Assembly: GCA_024304995.1 (NCBI GenBank)
Contig: JAMWZD010000002.1
Location: 647,740-711,739 of the forward strand
Reading direction: 5' to 3'
DNA length: 64,000 nt
Source: Rickettsiales bacterium
GTDB lineage: Bacteria; Pseudomonadota; Alphaproteobacteria; Rickettsiales; UBA998
Part shown: positions 19,520 through 27,309 of the stretch, piece after piece
Layout: every line of letters begins with the position of its first letter
Position numbering within the stretch: the first letter of the stretch is position 1
The notes under the pieces: generated by a model
What the model saw: only the letters and a program-made list of their open reading frames with translations
The model's database searches: none
Told to the model about the DNA's origin: nothing
Made by a program: the position numbers and the translations under genes

Positions 19520-19622
19520 GGTGTCTTTTGTGGTTATTTCTTTTTAACCATAAAAAGATTAGCGCAAATAGCAAGGGTTGCCGTGTGTTCAGCGTAGTTT
19601 GCGATGCGGAATAGCTGGGTTT

Positions 19623-19736
19623 GTCATTTCAGAGCAACGGAATAACGCCTATTTCCGTCATATTGAGCGAAGCGAAGTATCCAGTGCCGTTTGCACGAGC
19701 GGAGAGATGGATTCTTCGGCGTTGCCTCAGAATGAC
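19623..19736. repeat. Palindromic intergenic element, copy 1: full copy at 19657-19736 preceded by an extra left arm at 19623-19656
   Basis: Terminal inverted repeats gtcatattgagcgaagcg...cgttgcctcagaatgac. The internal 'gcggagagatggattcttcgg' is identical to copy 2. Confidence 0.8.
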
Positions 19737-19746
19737 AAATAGATTC

Positions 19747-19902
19747 CTAAAAATCCGTGCAGCGTCCGTTATGTTGCCAGTCGCCATATTCCGTCGGCTC
19801 TTTGCCTTTCACTCCGCCATATTCCTTTGGCAGCGCGTCAGAAGATGTGTCTTCGTTTTCATCTTTTTTATCGTCTTTTATGCTGGTCTTATCCTGTTCC
19901 AT
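19747..19902 (-). CDS. SDHAF4/DUF1674-family small protein (51 aa)
   Basis: The C-terminus 'PKEYGGVKGKEPTEYGDWQHNGRCTDF' matches the family signature 'GGPxGPEPTRYGDWERKGRCIDF'. An internal ATG at 19902 lies within a longer spurious ORF. Confidence 0.7.
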   Translation of the reverse strand: MEQDKTSIKDDKKDENEDTSSDALPKEYGGVKGKEPTEYGDWQHNGRCTDF

Positions 19903-19918
19903 AAGACTATATATAATC

Positions 19919-21259
19919 ATGCAACACGGACAATCAAAGACCAACCGAACAAAAAAACCGAAAAAGATGGTAACGCCAAAAGAATTGCTGGCGCGGCAGG
20001 CGGTGCTGGAAGCGCTGACCAGCATTTTCAAGCATGGGCAAAGTCTGGAATATGCGCTGAATGTGATGCGCGGTTCTGCGCTGCATGGGGATGACCGCGC
20101 CTTTGCGGAACATATGTTGCGGGTATGCCTGAAAAAGAAGCTGCTGTTGGATGGCTATATGGAGCAATTCCTGATTAAGCCATTGTCGCATCTGCCGTTG
20201 CAGGCGCAATTGCTGCTGCTGATTGGCACGGTGCAATGTCATTATATGAAAGTCCCGTTTTATGCTGCGGTGAATACTTCAGTTGAATTGGCAAAAGTGT
20301 GCGGGTTGCACCGCCTTACAGGCATGATGAATGTGGTGCTGAAGAAAGTCTCCCAAAACAAACCAAATTTTTTAAGTGATGATATGCTGCATGCTGCACC
20401 GCGTTGGTTGAGTGAACGCCTCATTGCAGATTATGGCAAGGATGTTGCCACCAACATCATCAATCACAGTCTGGATGATGTGCATTATGTGGATGTGACG
20501 GCTCATGCAGACATGGACATTGACGATGTGGCTGCGCGGTTGGGCGCGGAGCATCTCTATGGTGCGTCACTGCGGTTACGCGGGGTGGCTGCCATTCCGT
20601 TGATTACGGGCTATAAAAAGGGATGTTGGTGGGTGCAGGATTTGGCAGCTGCGTTGCCGATTTATGGTATTCGGGAACAGCTCAAAGGCAAGCGCGTGCT
20701 GGATGTGGGCGCAGCTCCAGGTGGGAAAACCATGCAGCTTGCTTCTTATGGTGCAGAGGTGACCGCGCTGGACAGGTCTGCCAAACGCCTCGCACGGTTG
20801 GAAGAAAATCTGGCGCGTACGAAGCTGGAAGCAAATGTGGTGTGCGCCGATGCGCTGGAATATGAACCTGATGCACCATATGATGTGATTATACTGGACG
20901 TGCCATGCAGCGCCACTGGCACGATGCGTCGCAATCCTGATATTTTGTATCAACGCACGGAGGTGGACGTGGAGGAGTTAAGCGCGTTGCAATATCAGTT
21001 GTTGGAACGTGCAGCAGGCTGGCTGAAAGAGGGGGGCATATTGCTTTATTGCAGTTGTTCTCTGTTCAAAAGCGAAGGTGAGGCGCATATAGAACGCTTT
21101 ATCACAGAACATGGTTTTGCACGTGAAGCATTTGCTGATGTGCCTAAACATCTTCTTAATGATAAAGGCGAATATCGCGCTATGCCGTTTTATGAAACCA
21201 AGCAAGGCGGTATGGACGGATTTTTTGCAGCAGCGCTTAAAAAAAATCCTGCTAATTAA
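19919..21259 (+). CDS. rsmB: 16S rRNA (cytosine-C5)-methyltransferase RsmB/Sun
   Basis: NusB-like N-terminal domain plus 'VLDVGAAPGGKT' and 'LDVPCSATGTMRRNPD'. The ATG at 19919 is preferred; the upstream ORF extension runs through the repeat element. Confidence 0.85.
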   Translation: MQHGQSKTNRTKKPKKMVTPKELLARQAVLEALTSIFKHGQSLEYALNVMRGSALHGDDRAFAEHMLRVCLKKKLLLDGYMEQFLIKPLSHLPLQAQLLLLIGTVQCHYMKVPFYAAVNTSVELAKVCGLHRLTGMMNVVLKKVSQNKPNFLSDDMLHAAPRWLSERLIADYGKDVATNIINHSLDDVHYVDVTAHADMDIDDVAARLGAEHLYGASLRLRGVAAIPLITGYKKGCWWVQDLAAALPIYGIREQLKGKRVLDVGAAPGGKTMQLASYGAEVTALDRSAKRLARLEENLARTKLEANVVCADALEYEPDAPYDVIILDVPCSATGTMRRNPDILYQRTEVDVEELSALQYQLLERAAGWLKEGGILLYCSCSLFKSEGEAHIERFITEHGFAREAFADVPKHLLNDKGEYRAMPFYETKQGGMDGFFAAALKKNPAN

Positions 21260-21678
21260 GAGCAGGATTTGGAGTTTACCAGTATATTATCAAATTCCAT
21301 GAAATACCTATAATCATCATAAATTTGTTTTGTATGTTCATAGGTAAGAATATTAAATTCTAACATGGCATCCAGAAGAATGGTATAATCACCAAAGGCA
21401 AACAGGATGGTTCTGTCATTATATTCTTCGTACTGAATTACATCTTCAGTGTCGATATATTCTTCATACTCGTCTTCTTCACTATATCTAATCAGATAAT
21501 CAGGAATTAAGCTGCTGCCATATAAGTCATCTTCTTTGATAACGTGAGATTCAAAATTTTTCTGTAGCACCATATGCCAGATTTCTTTCAGAACTTCAGG
21601 ATCAGAAACAAAGGCGATGATGATTTGTCCATTAAACGCACCAAAATCATATGTTGTAAGAGATGTATCTTCCATCAT
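21256..21678 (-). CDS. Hypothetical acidic protein (140 aa), AT-rich orphan
   Basis: ORF only. Its 3' end overlaps the rsmB stop by 4 nt (convergent). Confidence 0.45.
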   Translation of the reverse strand: MMEDTSLTTYDFGAFNGQIIIAFVSDPEVLKEIWHMVLQKNFESHVIKEDDLYGSSLIPDYLIRYSEEDEYEEYIDTEDVIQYEEYNDRTILFAFGDYTILLDAMLEFNILTYEHTKQIYDDYRYFMEFDNILVNSKSCS

Positions 21679-21764
21679 AATATGAAGGGATATAAATAAA
21701 CGACCTGATGTGTCTATTCGTTTTTGATGGTGACTTCAAGCACTCTTTTGTTGGTTGGATGAGG

Positions 21765-23165
21765 TTACTCCACCACCTCCACCAGAATATGTTTTTTCTT
21801 GCCTGCGGAGAGTTTCAGCGTTTCTTCTTTGTATTGTGACAAATCCACTTCCAGCACTTCATCATCCACTTTTTCATCATTGATTTTTGCGCCACCGCCT
21901 TTAATCAAGCGGCGGGCTTCTGCGCCTGAGGCTGCCAGCCCTGTGGCGTGGAACAGTTTGAAGGCGGGGAGGGTGGTTCCGTGTTCGGTGAGTGAGAGTG
22001 TCACGGTGGGCAGATTGGCAGAGCCGCCTTGCTCGAATGCTTCTTTGGCAGTAGCTTCCGCAGCTTCGGCTGCGTCGCGCCCGTGCAACATGGCGGTGGC
22101 TTCGGTTGCTAAGATTTTCTTTGCATCATTAATGGCTGCGCCTTCGGCTGCTTCCAGCTTGGCGATTTCTTCCACGCTCAGGGAGGTAAAGAGTTTGAGG
22201 AAACGTCCGACATCCGCATCATCCACGTTGCGCCAGAATTGCCAGTAATCATAGGCGGAGAGCATCTCAGGGTTCAGCCAGACTGCACCATCTGCCGTCT
22301 TCCCCATCTTCGCCCCTGATGCGGTGGTGAGGAGTGGGGTTGTTAAGCCGTATGAAGCGTCCTGAAAATTCTTAATGGCTTCATTTAAAGGATGTTTATT
22401 ATCTTTTTTTATTTCTTTTGAAAATTCGTCATGATCTTTTAAAAATGTTTCTGCGTGTTCGTTATCAACTGTTTTTCCAGTTGAGTAATTAGTAATAAGT
22501 GGTTTTCTGATTAAATCCGTCCCCATCACAATATTGCCCCATTGGTCGGAGCCGCCAATTTGCAAGCGCACACCATATTCACGGTTCAACTCCACAAAAT
22601 CATACGCTTGCAAAATCATGTAATTAAATTCAAGGAAACTTAAATGGCTTTCGCGTTCCAGCCGTTGCTTCACGCTTTCCATCGTGAGCATTTTGTTGAT
22701 GGAGAAATGTTTGCCGACATCGCGCAGGAAATCAATATAATTCAGGTCTTCCAGCCAGTCTGCATTATCCACCATCAACGCATCACTCGCACCATCACCA
22801 AAGTGCAAAAACTGCTCGAACACTTTTTTGATGCCAGCCTTGTTTGCTGCAATCGCTGCATCATCCAGCATCTGGCGAGATTTGTCTTTGCCTGAGGGGT
22901 CTCCAATTTTGGTTGTGCCTCCGCCCATCAGCACAATGGGTTTATGCCCGCACTCCTGAAAGATCTTCAGAATCATAATCTGCATAAGGCTGCCCACATG
23001 CAGGCTGGGCGCAGTGCAATCAAACCCGATATACGCCGCCACTGCTTCGCCCTTGCTTTCTGCGTCATGCAGCAATGCATCCAACCCGTCAAAATTGGTG
23101 CATTGATGGATGAAGCCGCGCTCATTCACGGTGGTTAAGAATTTCGATTTGAATGTCTGCGTCAT
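21765..23165 (-). CDS. tyrS: Tyrosyl-tRNA synthetase carrying a ~50-aa insertion
   Basis: HIGH-like 'PSLHVGS', 'GGSDQWGNI', KMSKS-like 'KMGKT', and a C-terminal S4 domain. The extra segment lies between 'GTDLIRK' and 'YGLTTPLL'. Confidence 0.9.
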   Translation of the reverse strand: MTQTFKSKFLTTVNERGFIHQCTNFDGLDALLHDAESKGEAVAAYIGFDCTAPSLHVGSLMQIMILKIFQECGHKPIVLMGGGTTKIGDPSGKDKSRQMLDDAAIAANKAGIKKVFEQFLHFGDGASDALMVDNADWLEDLNYIDFLRDVGKHFSINKMLTMESVKQRLERESHLSFLEFNYMILQAYDFVELNREYGVRLQIGGSDQWGNIVMGTDLIRKPLITNYSTGKTVDNEHAETFLKDHDEFSKEIKKDNKHPLNEAIKNFQDASYGLTTPLLTTASGAKMGKTADGAVWLNPEMLSAYDYWQFWRNVDDADVGRFLKLFTSLSVEEIAKLEAAEGAAINDAKKILATEATAMLHGRDAAEAAEATAKEAFEQGGSANLPTVTLSLTEHGTTLPAFKLFHATGLAASGAEARRLIKGGGAKINDEKVDDEVLEVDLSQYKEETLKLSAGKKKHILVEVVE

Positions 23166-23187
23166 TAGTGTTCCTTGCTTTGCATGT

Positions 23188-23269
23188 CGTCATACTGAGC
23201 AACGCGAAGTATCCAGAGACTCTTGCGCCAGCGGAGAGATGGATTCTTCGGCTTCGCCTCAGAATGACG
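23188..23269. repeat. Palindromic intergenic element, copy 2
   Basis: cgtcatactgagcaacgcgaagtatccag...cggcttcgcctcagaatgacg. It lies in the tyrS/anmK divergent intergenic region. Confidence 0.8.
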
Positions 23270-23320
23270 ATACGCTAAAATATATTCCATTTTCGGTACG
23301 TTATACTATAACTAATCCTT

Positions 23321-24415
23321 ATGTTGGAAATTGCAGAAAAAATCAAGGGTGGAAACCCTGTCTGGGCGCTGGGGATGATGAGTGGCACATCGCTGGATGG
23401 CATTGATGTGGCATTGCTGCGCACGAACGGCGAAACGGTGAGCGAATTTGGAGATTGGCTGACGGTGGATATTCCGCGTTCCATGCAAAATGCTTTGCGC
23501 GGGCTGATGCAGGGCGAGGGTGATTTCATGTTAATTGAACGTGATTTCACGAAGCTGGTGGCAGAAGTATGCAATCAACTGGTGGAACAATCCGCACTGA
23601 TGCGCGAGGATATTTCGCTGATTGGTTTTCATGGGCAGAGCATCAACCACCGCCCAAAAAGCTGTGCAAGCTGGCAGTTGGGCAACGCAGCGTTGTTGGC
23701 GGAACTGACAGGCATTAATGTCGTCACAGACTTTCGCCGTGCAGACATTGCCGCAGGCGGGCAGGGTGCGCCGCTTGTGCCAGTGTATCACGCAGCACTT
23801 TCCAAAGGGCTGGATATGCCTGTGGCGGTGATCAATATTGGTGGGGTGGCGAATGTCACATGGATTGATGGCGATGACATTTTAGCGTTTGATACTGGAC
23901 CAGGCAATGCACTGATTAATGACTGGGTGTCGCGCTATACTTCTCAAATGTATGATACGGGCGGGGCGATGGCTCGCCAAGGCACGGTGCATCAAAGCGT
24001 GATTGATGATTATTTGTCTTTGCCGTATTTTTCCGAACTCCCGCCAAAGTCACTTGATCGGGGCTATTTCACGTTAAATGGTGTTGATGGGTTATCGCTC
24101 AATGATGGTGTAGCTACATTGACGCAACTCACCGTGCAAAGCATTGCCCGCGCGGCAGAAACGTTCCCACGTGAAGCAGCGCGGTGGCTCATTTGTGGTG
24201 GCGGGCGACACAATGACAGCATCATGCAGGGGTTGCAGGAATTGCTGGGCGATGTTGCACCCGTGGAAGCAGTCGGCTGGCGCGGGGATGCGCTGGAAGC
24301 CGAAGCCTTTGCCTATCTCGCCGTGCGTTCGGTGCGCGGGTTGCATTTAACATTGCCGACCACAACAGGGGCAGAGCGTGCGGTGAGTGGTGGGGCGTTT
24401 TATTTGGCGGTTTAA
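23321..24415 (+). CDS. anmK: Anhydro-N-acetylmuramic acid kinase
   Basis: 'LGMMSGTSLDGIDVAL', 'DFRRADIAAGGQGAPLVP', 'NIGGVANV', 'FDTGPGN'. Confidence 0.9.
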   Translation: MLEIAEKIKGGNPVWALGMMSGTSLDGIDVALLRTNGETVSEFGDWLTVDIPRSMQNALRGLMQGEGDFMLIERDFTKLVAEVCNQLVEQSALMREDISLIGFHGQSINHRPKSCASWQLGNAALLAELTGINVVTDFRRADIAAGGQGAPLVPVYHAALSKGLDMPVAVINIGGVANVTWIDGDDILAFDTGPGNALINDWVSRYTSQMYDTGGAMARQGTVHQSVIDDYLSLPYFSELPPKSLDRGYFTLNGVDGLSLNDGVATLTQLTVQSIARAAETFPREAARWLICGGGRHNDSIMQGLQELLGDVAPVEAVGWRGDALEAEAFAYLAVRSVRGLHLTLPTTTGAERAVSGGAFYLAV

Positions 24416-24420
24416 AAAAA

Positions 24421-24447
24421 AGGCTTAATCACCATGTGTTTAAGCCT
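24421..24447. terminator. Hairpin between convergent genes
   Basis: aggcttaa / ttaagcct stem preceded by A8. The 11-nt loop is fairly large. Confidence 0.35.
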
Positions 24448-24483
24448 TAATTAATAATATAATACCGAATATCACAAAAGAAG

Positions 24484-24816
24484 TTAAGATAACTTTTTGA
24501 CTTCTTTCTTTGTGTATTCAATATCTACGCCAGCTAAGGTCTTGAAACCTTTAGATTGGCTTGTTGTAACAGATGAGATTGTGCAAAACTTCTTGCCAAT
24601 TATGTCAGATGGTTTTGTTGCATCTGATAGTTGCAATAGATTGCCAAATTGTTCAAAAGTTAATGTAAAAATTACATTTTCATTTTTTCTTTCGTTGAAG
24701 AATTTGACTTCAACCGTACCACTATCTTTTCTGCTGATGTGAGATACTGGTAGAATTGTAGGTACAACTAATCCCATTATCTTTATTGTGCCGTATTTCG
24801 GACTTAAATTAATCAA
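24484..24816 (-). CDS. Hypothetical protein (110 aa), AT-rich orphan
   Basis: ORF only. Confidence 0.4.
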   Translation of the reverse strand: MINLSPKYGTIKIMGLVVPTILPVSHISRKDSGTVEVKFFNERKNENVIFTLTFEQFGNLLQLSDATKPSDIIGKKFCTISSVTTSQSKGFKTLAGVDIEYTKKEVKKLS

Positions 24817-24892
24817 AGAATCTACAATATAAATTCTGTCGTAACAATTTGAATCTTTAATTTAGCACAAAATTAAGGAAATTGAAAGAGTT

Positions 24893-25591
24893 TTAATCCC
24901 TCGGCAACTGTCGGCGTTTCTTGTTCTGTACGGGCTGGCGATTTGCATTAAAATCTGTCATGCGGGAGCGGATATATTCTGCTGCGGCATTTTCAAATTC
25001 ATCCAGACAAATGCGGAAATAATGATCTGCGCCTGGGAACATTTCATATTTCACTTTGGAATAATTCTGCGTTTGAATTTTCTCCACCAGACGCGCCACA
25101 TCAGGTTCGCTGACAATATCATCCTTGTCACCCTGCAACACCAACCCCGAAGAAGGGCATGGCGCAAGAAACGAAAAGTCATATTTCCCAACGGGCGGGG
25201 AAGCCGCCACAAACCCTTCAATTTCTGGGCGGCGCATCAGCAACTGCATGGAAATCCATGCACCAAACGAAAAACCAGAAATCCAGCAGGTGCTGGCTTC
25301 GGGGTTCTGGTTCTGAATCCAGTCCAGCGCAGTGGCAGCATCGCTTAATTCACCAATGCCTTCATCATATTCCCCCATAGACTTGCCAACACCGCGGAAG
25401 TTAAAGCGCAGCACGGAAAATCCGTTTTTCATAAATGCCTGAAACAAGCGATACACCACTTTATTATTCATCGTGCCGCCATAAAGCGGATGCGGGTGAA
25501 GCACCACGGCAACAGGAGCCGTTGGGTTTTCATTGTGGTGATAGCGACCTTCAAGACGTCCTTCGGGTCCGCTAAAAATAACTTCAGGCAT
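24893..25591 (-). CDS. Alpha/beta hydrolase (COG2945-like)
   Basis: 'HPHPLYGGTMNNKVV' and the nucleophile elbow 'GFSFGA'. Confidence 0.75.
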   Translation of the reverse strand: MPEVIFSGPEGRLEGRYHHNENPTAPVAVVLHPHPLYGGTMNNKVVYRLFQAFMKNGFSVLRFNFRGVGKSMGEYDEGIGELSDAATALDWIQNQNPEASTCWISGFSFGAWISMQLLMRRPEIEGFVAASPPVGKYDFSFLAPCPSSGLVLQGDKDDIVSEPDVARLVEKIQTQNYSKVKYEMFPGADHYFRICLDEFENAAAEYIRSRMTDFNANRQPVQNKKRRQLPRD

Positions 25592-25687
25592 AGTTGCTCC
25601 TAAATTAAGCTATTGTAGTTCAAGCCGCATAGATGTAAGAGAAAAGCATGAAAATTTCAATGATTATTCTGTTGCGCGTGTAAATTT

Positions 25688-26329
25688 ATGTTTTCCAGAA
25701 TGAAAGAGGATATTCAGGCATATGTGGAAAAAGACCCTGCGGCGGTGTCTTTTCTGGAAGTCATGCTGTGTTACCCTGGTTTGCACGCCGTGTGGCTGCA
25801 CCGTTTGGCACATGCATGTTATGGGCTGGGCTTTAAGCTGGGTGCGCGTATTATCTCATATGTGTCGCGCTTTCTCACAGGTGTTGAAATTCACCCCGCC
25901 GCGCAGTTGGGTCGCAGGCTGGTGATTGATCATGGGATGGGCGTGGTGATTGGTGAAACCGCGCGCATTGGTGATGATGTCACGATCTATCACGGTGTCA
26001 CGCTGGGTGGCACGTCGCTGAAAAAAGAACAGCGCCACCCGATGATCGGCAATAATGTGATTATCGGGGCAGGAGCGAAGGTGCTGGGACCACTCAATAT
26101 TGGTGATGGTGCGCGCGTGGGTTCCAATTCTGTGGTCATTCGTGATGTGGCAGCAGGGCATACGGTTGTCGGCGTGCCAGCACATGATGCCAGCATTGGC
26201 AAACGCCGCGCAGAGGCAACTGAAGAATTTGCTGCATATGGGCAGACGGGCGCTGCCTGTGATGACCCTGTGTATAAAGAATTATGCGAGCTGCGTGAAA
26301 TGGTGGAAAAGCTGCAAAAGAAAAACTAG
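25688..26329 (+). CDS. cysE: Serine O-acetyltransferase
   Basis: 'DPAA...[14 protein letters not shown]', '[28 protein letters not shown]', and hexapeptide repeats. Confidence 0.9.
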   Translation: MFSRMKEDIQAYVEKDPAAVSFLEVMLCYPGLHAVWLHRLAHACYGLGFKLGARIISYVSRFLTGVEIHPAAQLGRRLVIDHGMGVVIGETARIGDDVTIYHGVTLGGTSLKKEQRHPMIGNNVIIGAGAKVLGPLNIGDGARVGSNSVVIRDVAAGHTVVGVPAHDASIGKRRAEATEEFAAYGQTGAACDDPVYKELCELREMVEKLQKKN

Positions 26330-26436
26330 TTTTTATACTATCTTGAGACATATAAATTCTCTTTGAATAGAATATTGAATAGACAGATGTTTATATCTTT
26401 GTAGTTACTTAAGTTAATTACAACAGGAGAAACATT

Positions 26437-27108
26437 ATGAATATTTTAAAACCTCTGGCTATTTCAGCTTTAACGATGACTACAGCACTGAGCGCTGCAA
26501 CAGCAGATGCTGCAAGCCCGCTGGATTCTTATAAGGATGATGCAAATCTGATGATCGCGGGTACTGTCAGCGATCTGACAGATGATGAGTTCCTGCTGAA
26601 TGCAGATGGCAAAATGGTGCGCGTAGAATTTGAAGACTGGGATCTGGACGCTGATGCCAATCTTAAAAACTATCTGAAAAATGGCGATCAGGTGGTGGTG
26701 AGCGGAACAGTGGATAAAGATCTGTTTGAAGAAACAGAGCTTGAAGCAGACAATATCTATTTCCGCAGCAACTATAATTATTATTATGTGGTCGATACTA
26801 ACCCAGCATATAGTTATGATTACAATAACTATATGGAAGATGGTTCTTATGTCTCCACTCGTGGGAAGATCACCAAAATCTCAGGTGAAGAAGTTACCAT
26901 CAATGCAAATGGCATGGATATGGTGGTAGATACGGCATCACTTGAAAATCAGTCCATCGGCGAAGATGGTTTGAACCTGAAAGTGGGTGACCGCATTTAT
27001 GCATATGGTCAGATTGACAAAAACCTGTTTGACAGCAGAGAGCTTTCTGCAGACGCCATTATCAAGATCAATCAGAAGATGAATGATCAAATGGCAATGA
27101 GTCAATAA
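26437..27108 (+). CDS. Secreted hypothetical protein (223 aa) with two similar internal modules
   Basis: Signal peptide 'ALSAATADA'. The repeated pattern is 'G.V...TDDEF.L.ADG..V.V' and 'GKITKISGEEVTINANGMDMVVD', each followed by 'DKxLF..xEL.AD.I'. Confidence 0.55.
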   Translation: MNILKPLAISALTMTTALSAATADAASPLDSYKDDANLMIAGTVSDLTDDEFLLNADGKMVRVEFEDWDLDADANLKNYLKNGDQVVVSGTVDKDLFEETELEADNIYFRSNYNYYYVVDTNPAYSYDYNNYMEDGSYVSTRGKITKISGEEVTINANGMDMVVDTASLENQSIGEDGLNLKVGDRIYAYGQIDKNLFDSRELSADAIIKINQKMNDQMAMSQ

Positions 27109-27132
27109 TAGTTCTTGATTTATGACGAACAT

Positions 27133-27170
27133 GCCCCCAGTCAGTTTATGCTGACTGGGGGCTTTCTGTT
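27133..27170 (+). terminator. Rho-independent terminator
   Basis: 12-bp stem gcccccagtcag/ctgactgggggc with loop tttatg, followed by tttctgtt. Confidence 0.6.
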
Positions 27171-27309
27171 ATGTGATAATAAAATCAGATATATCTAGCG
27201 CAGATGATACATCTCCTGCCATTGCGCGGCGCGGTGGGTTGCGCAATCCAAAAATTAGGATGTGAAAAAATTGCTACAAATGGTGGCAGAAAAGCTGTAG
27301 ACAAGTTTC

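Noticed and set aside
19621-20094. 157-aa plus-strand ORF, and the 5' extension of the rsmB ORF from 19757
   Set aside because: The N-terminal parts are read through the palindromic repeat element and the antisense of the SDHAF4-like gene. RsmB homology begins near the ATG at 19919.
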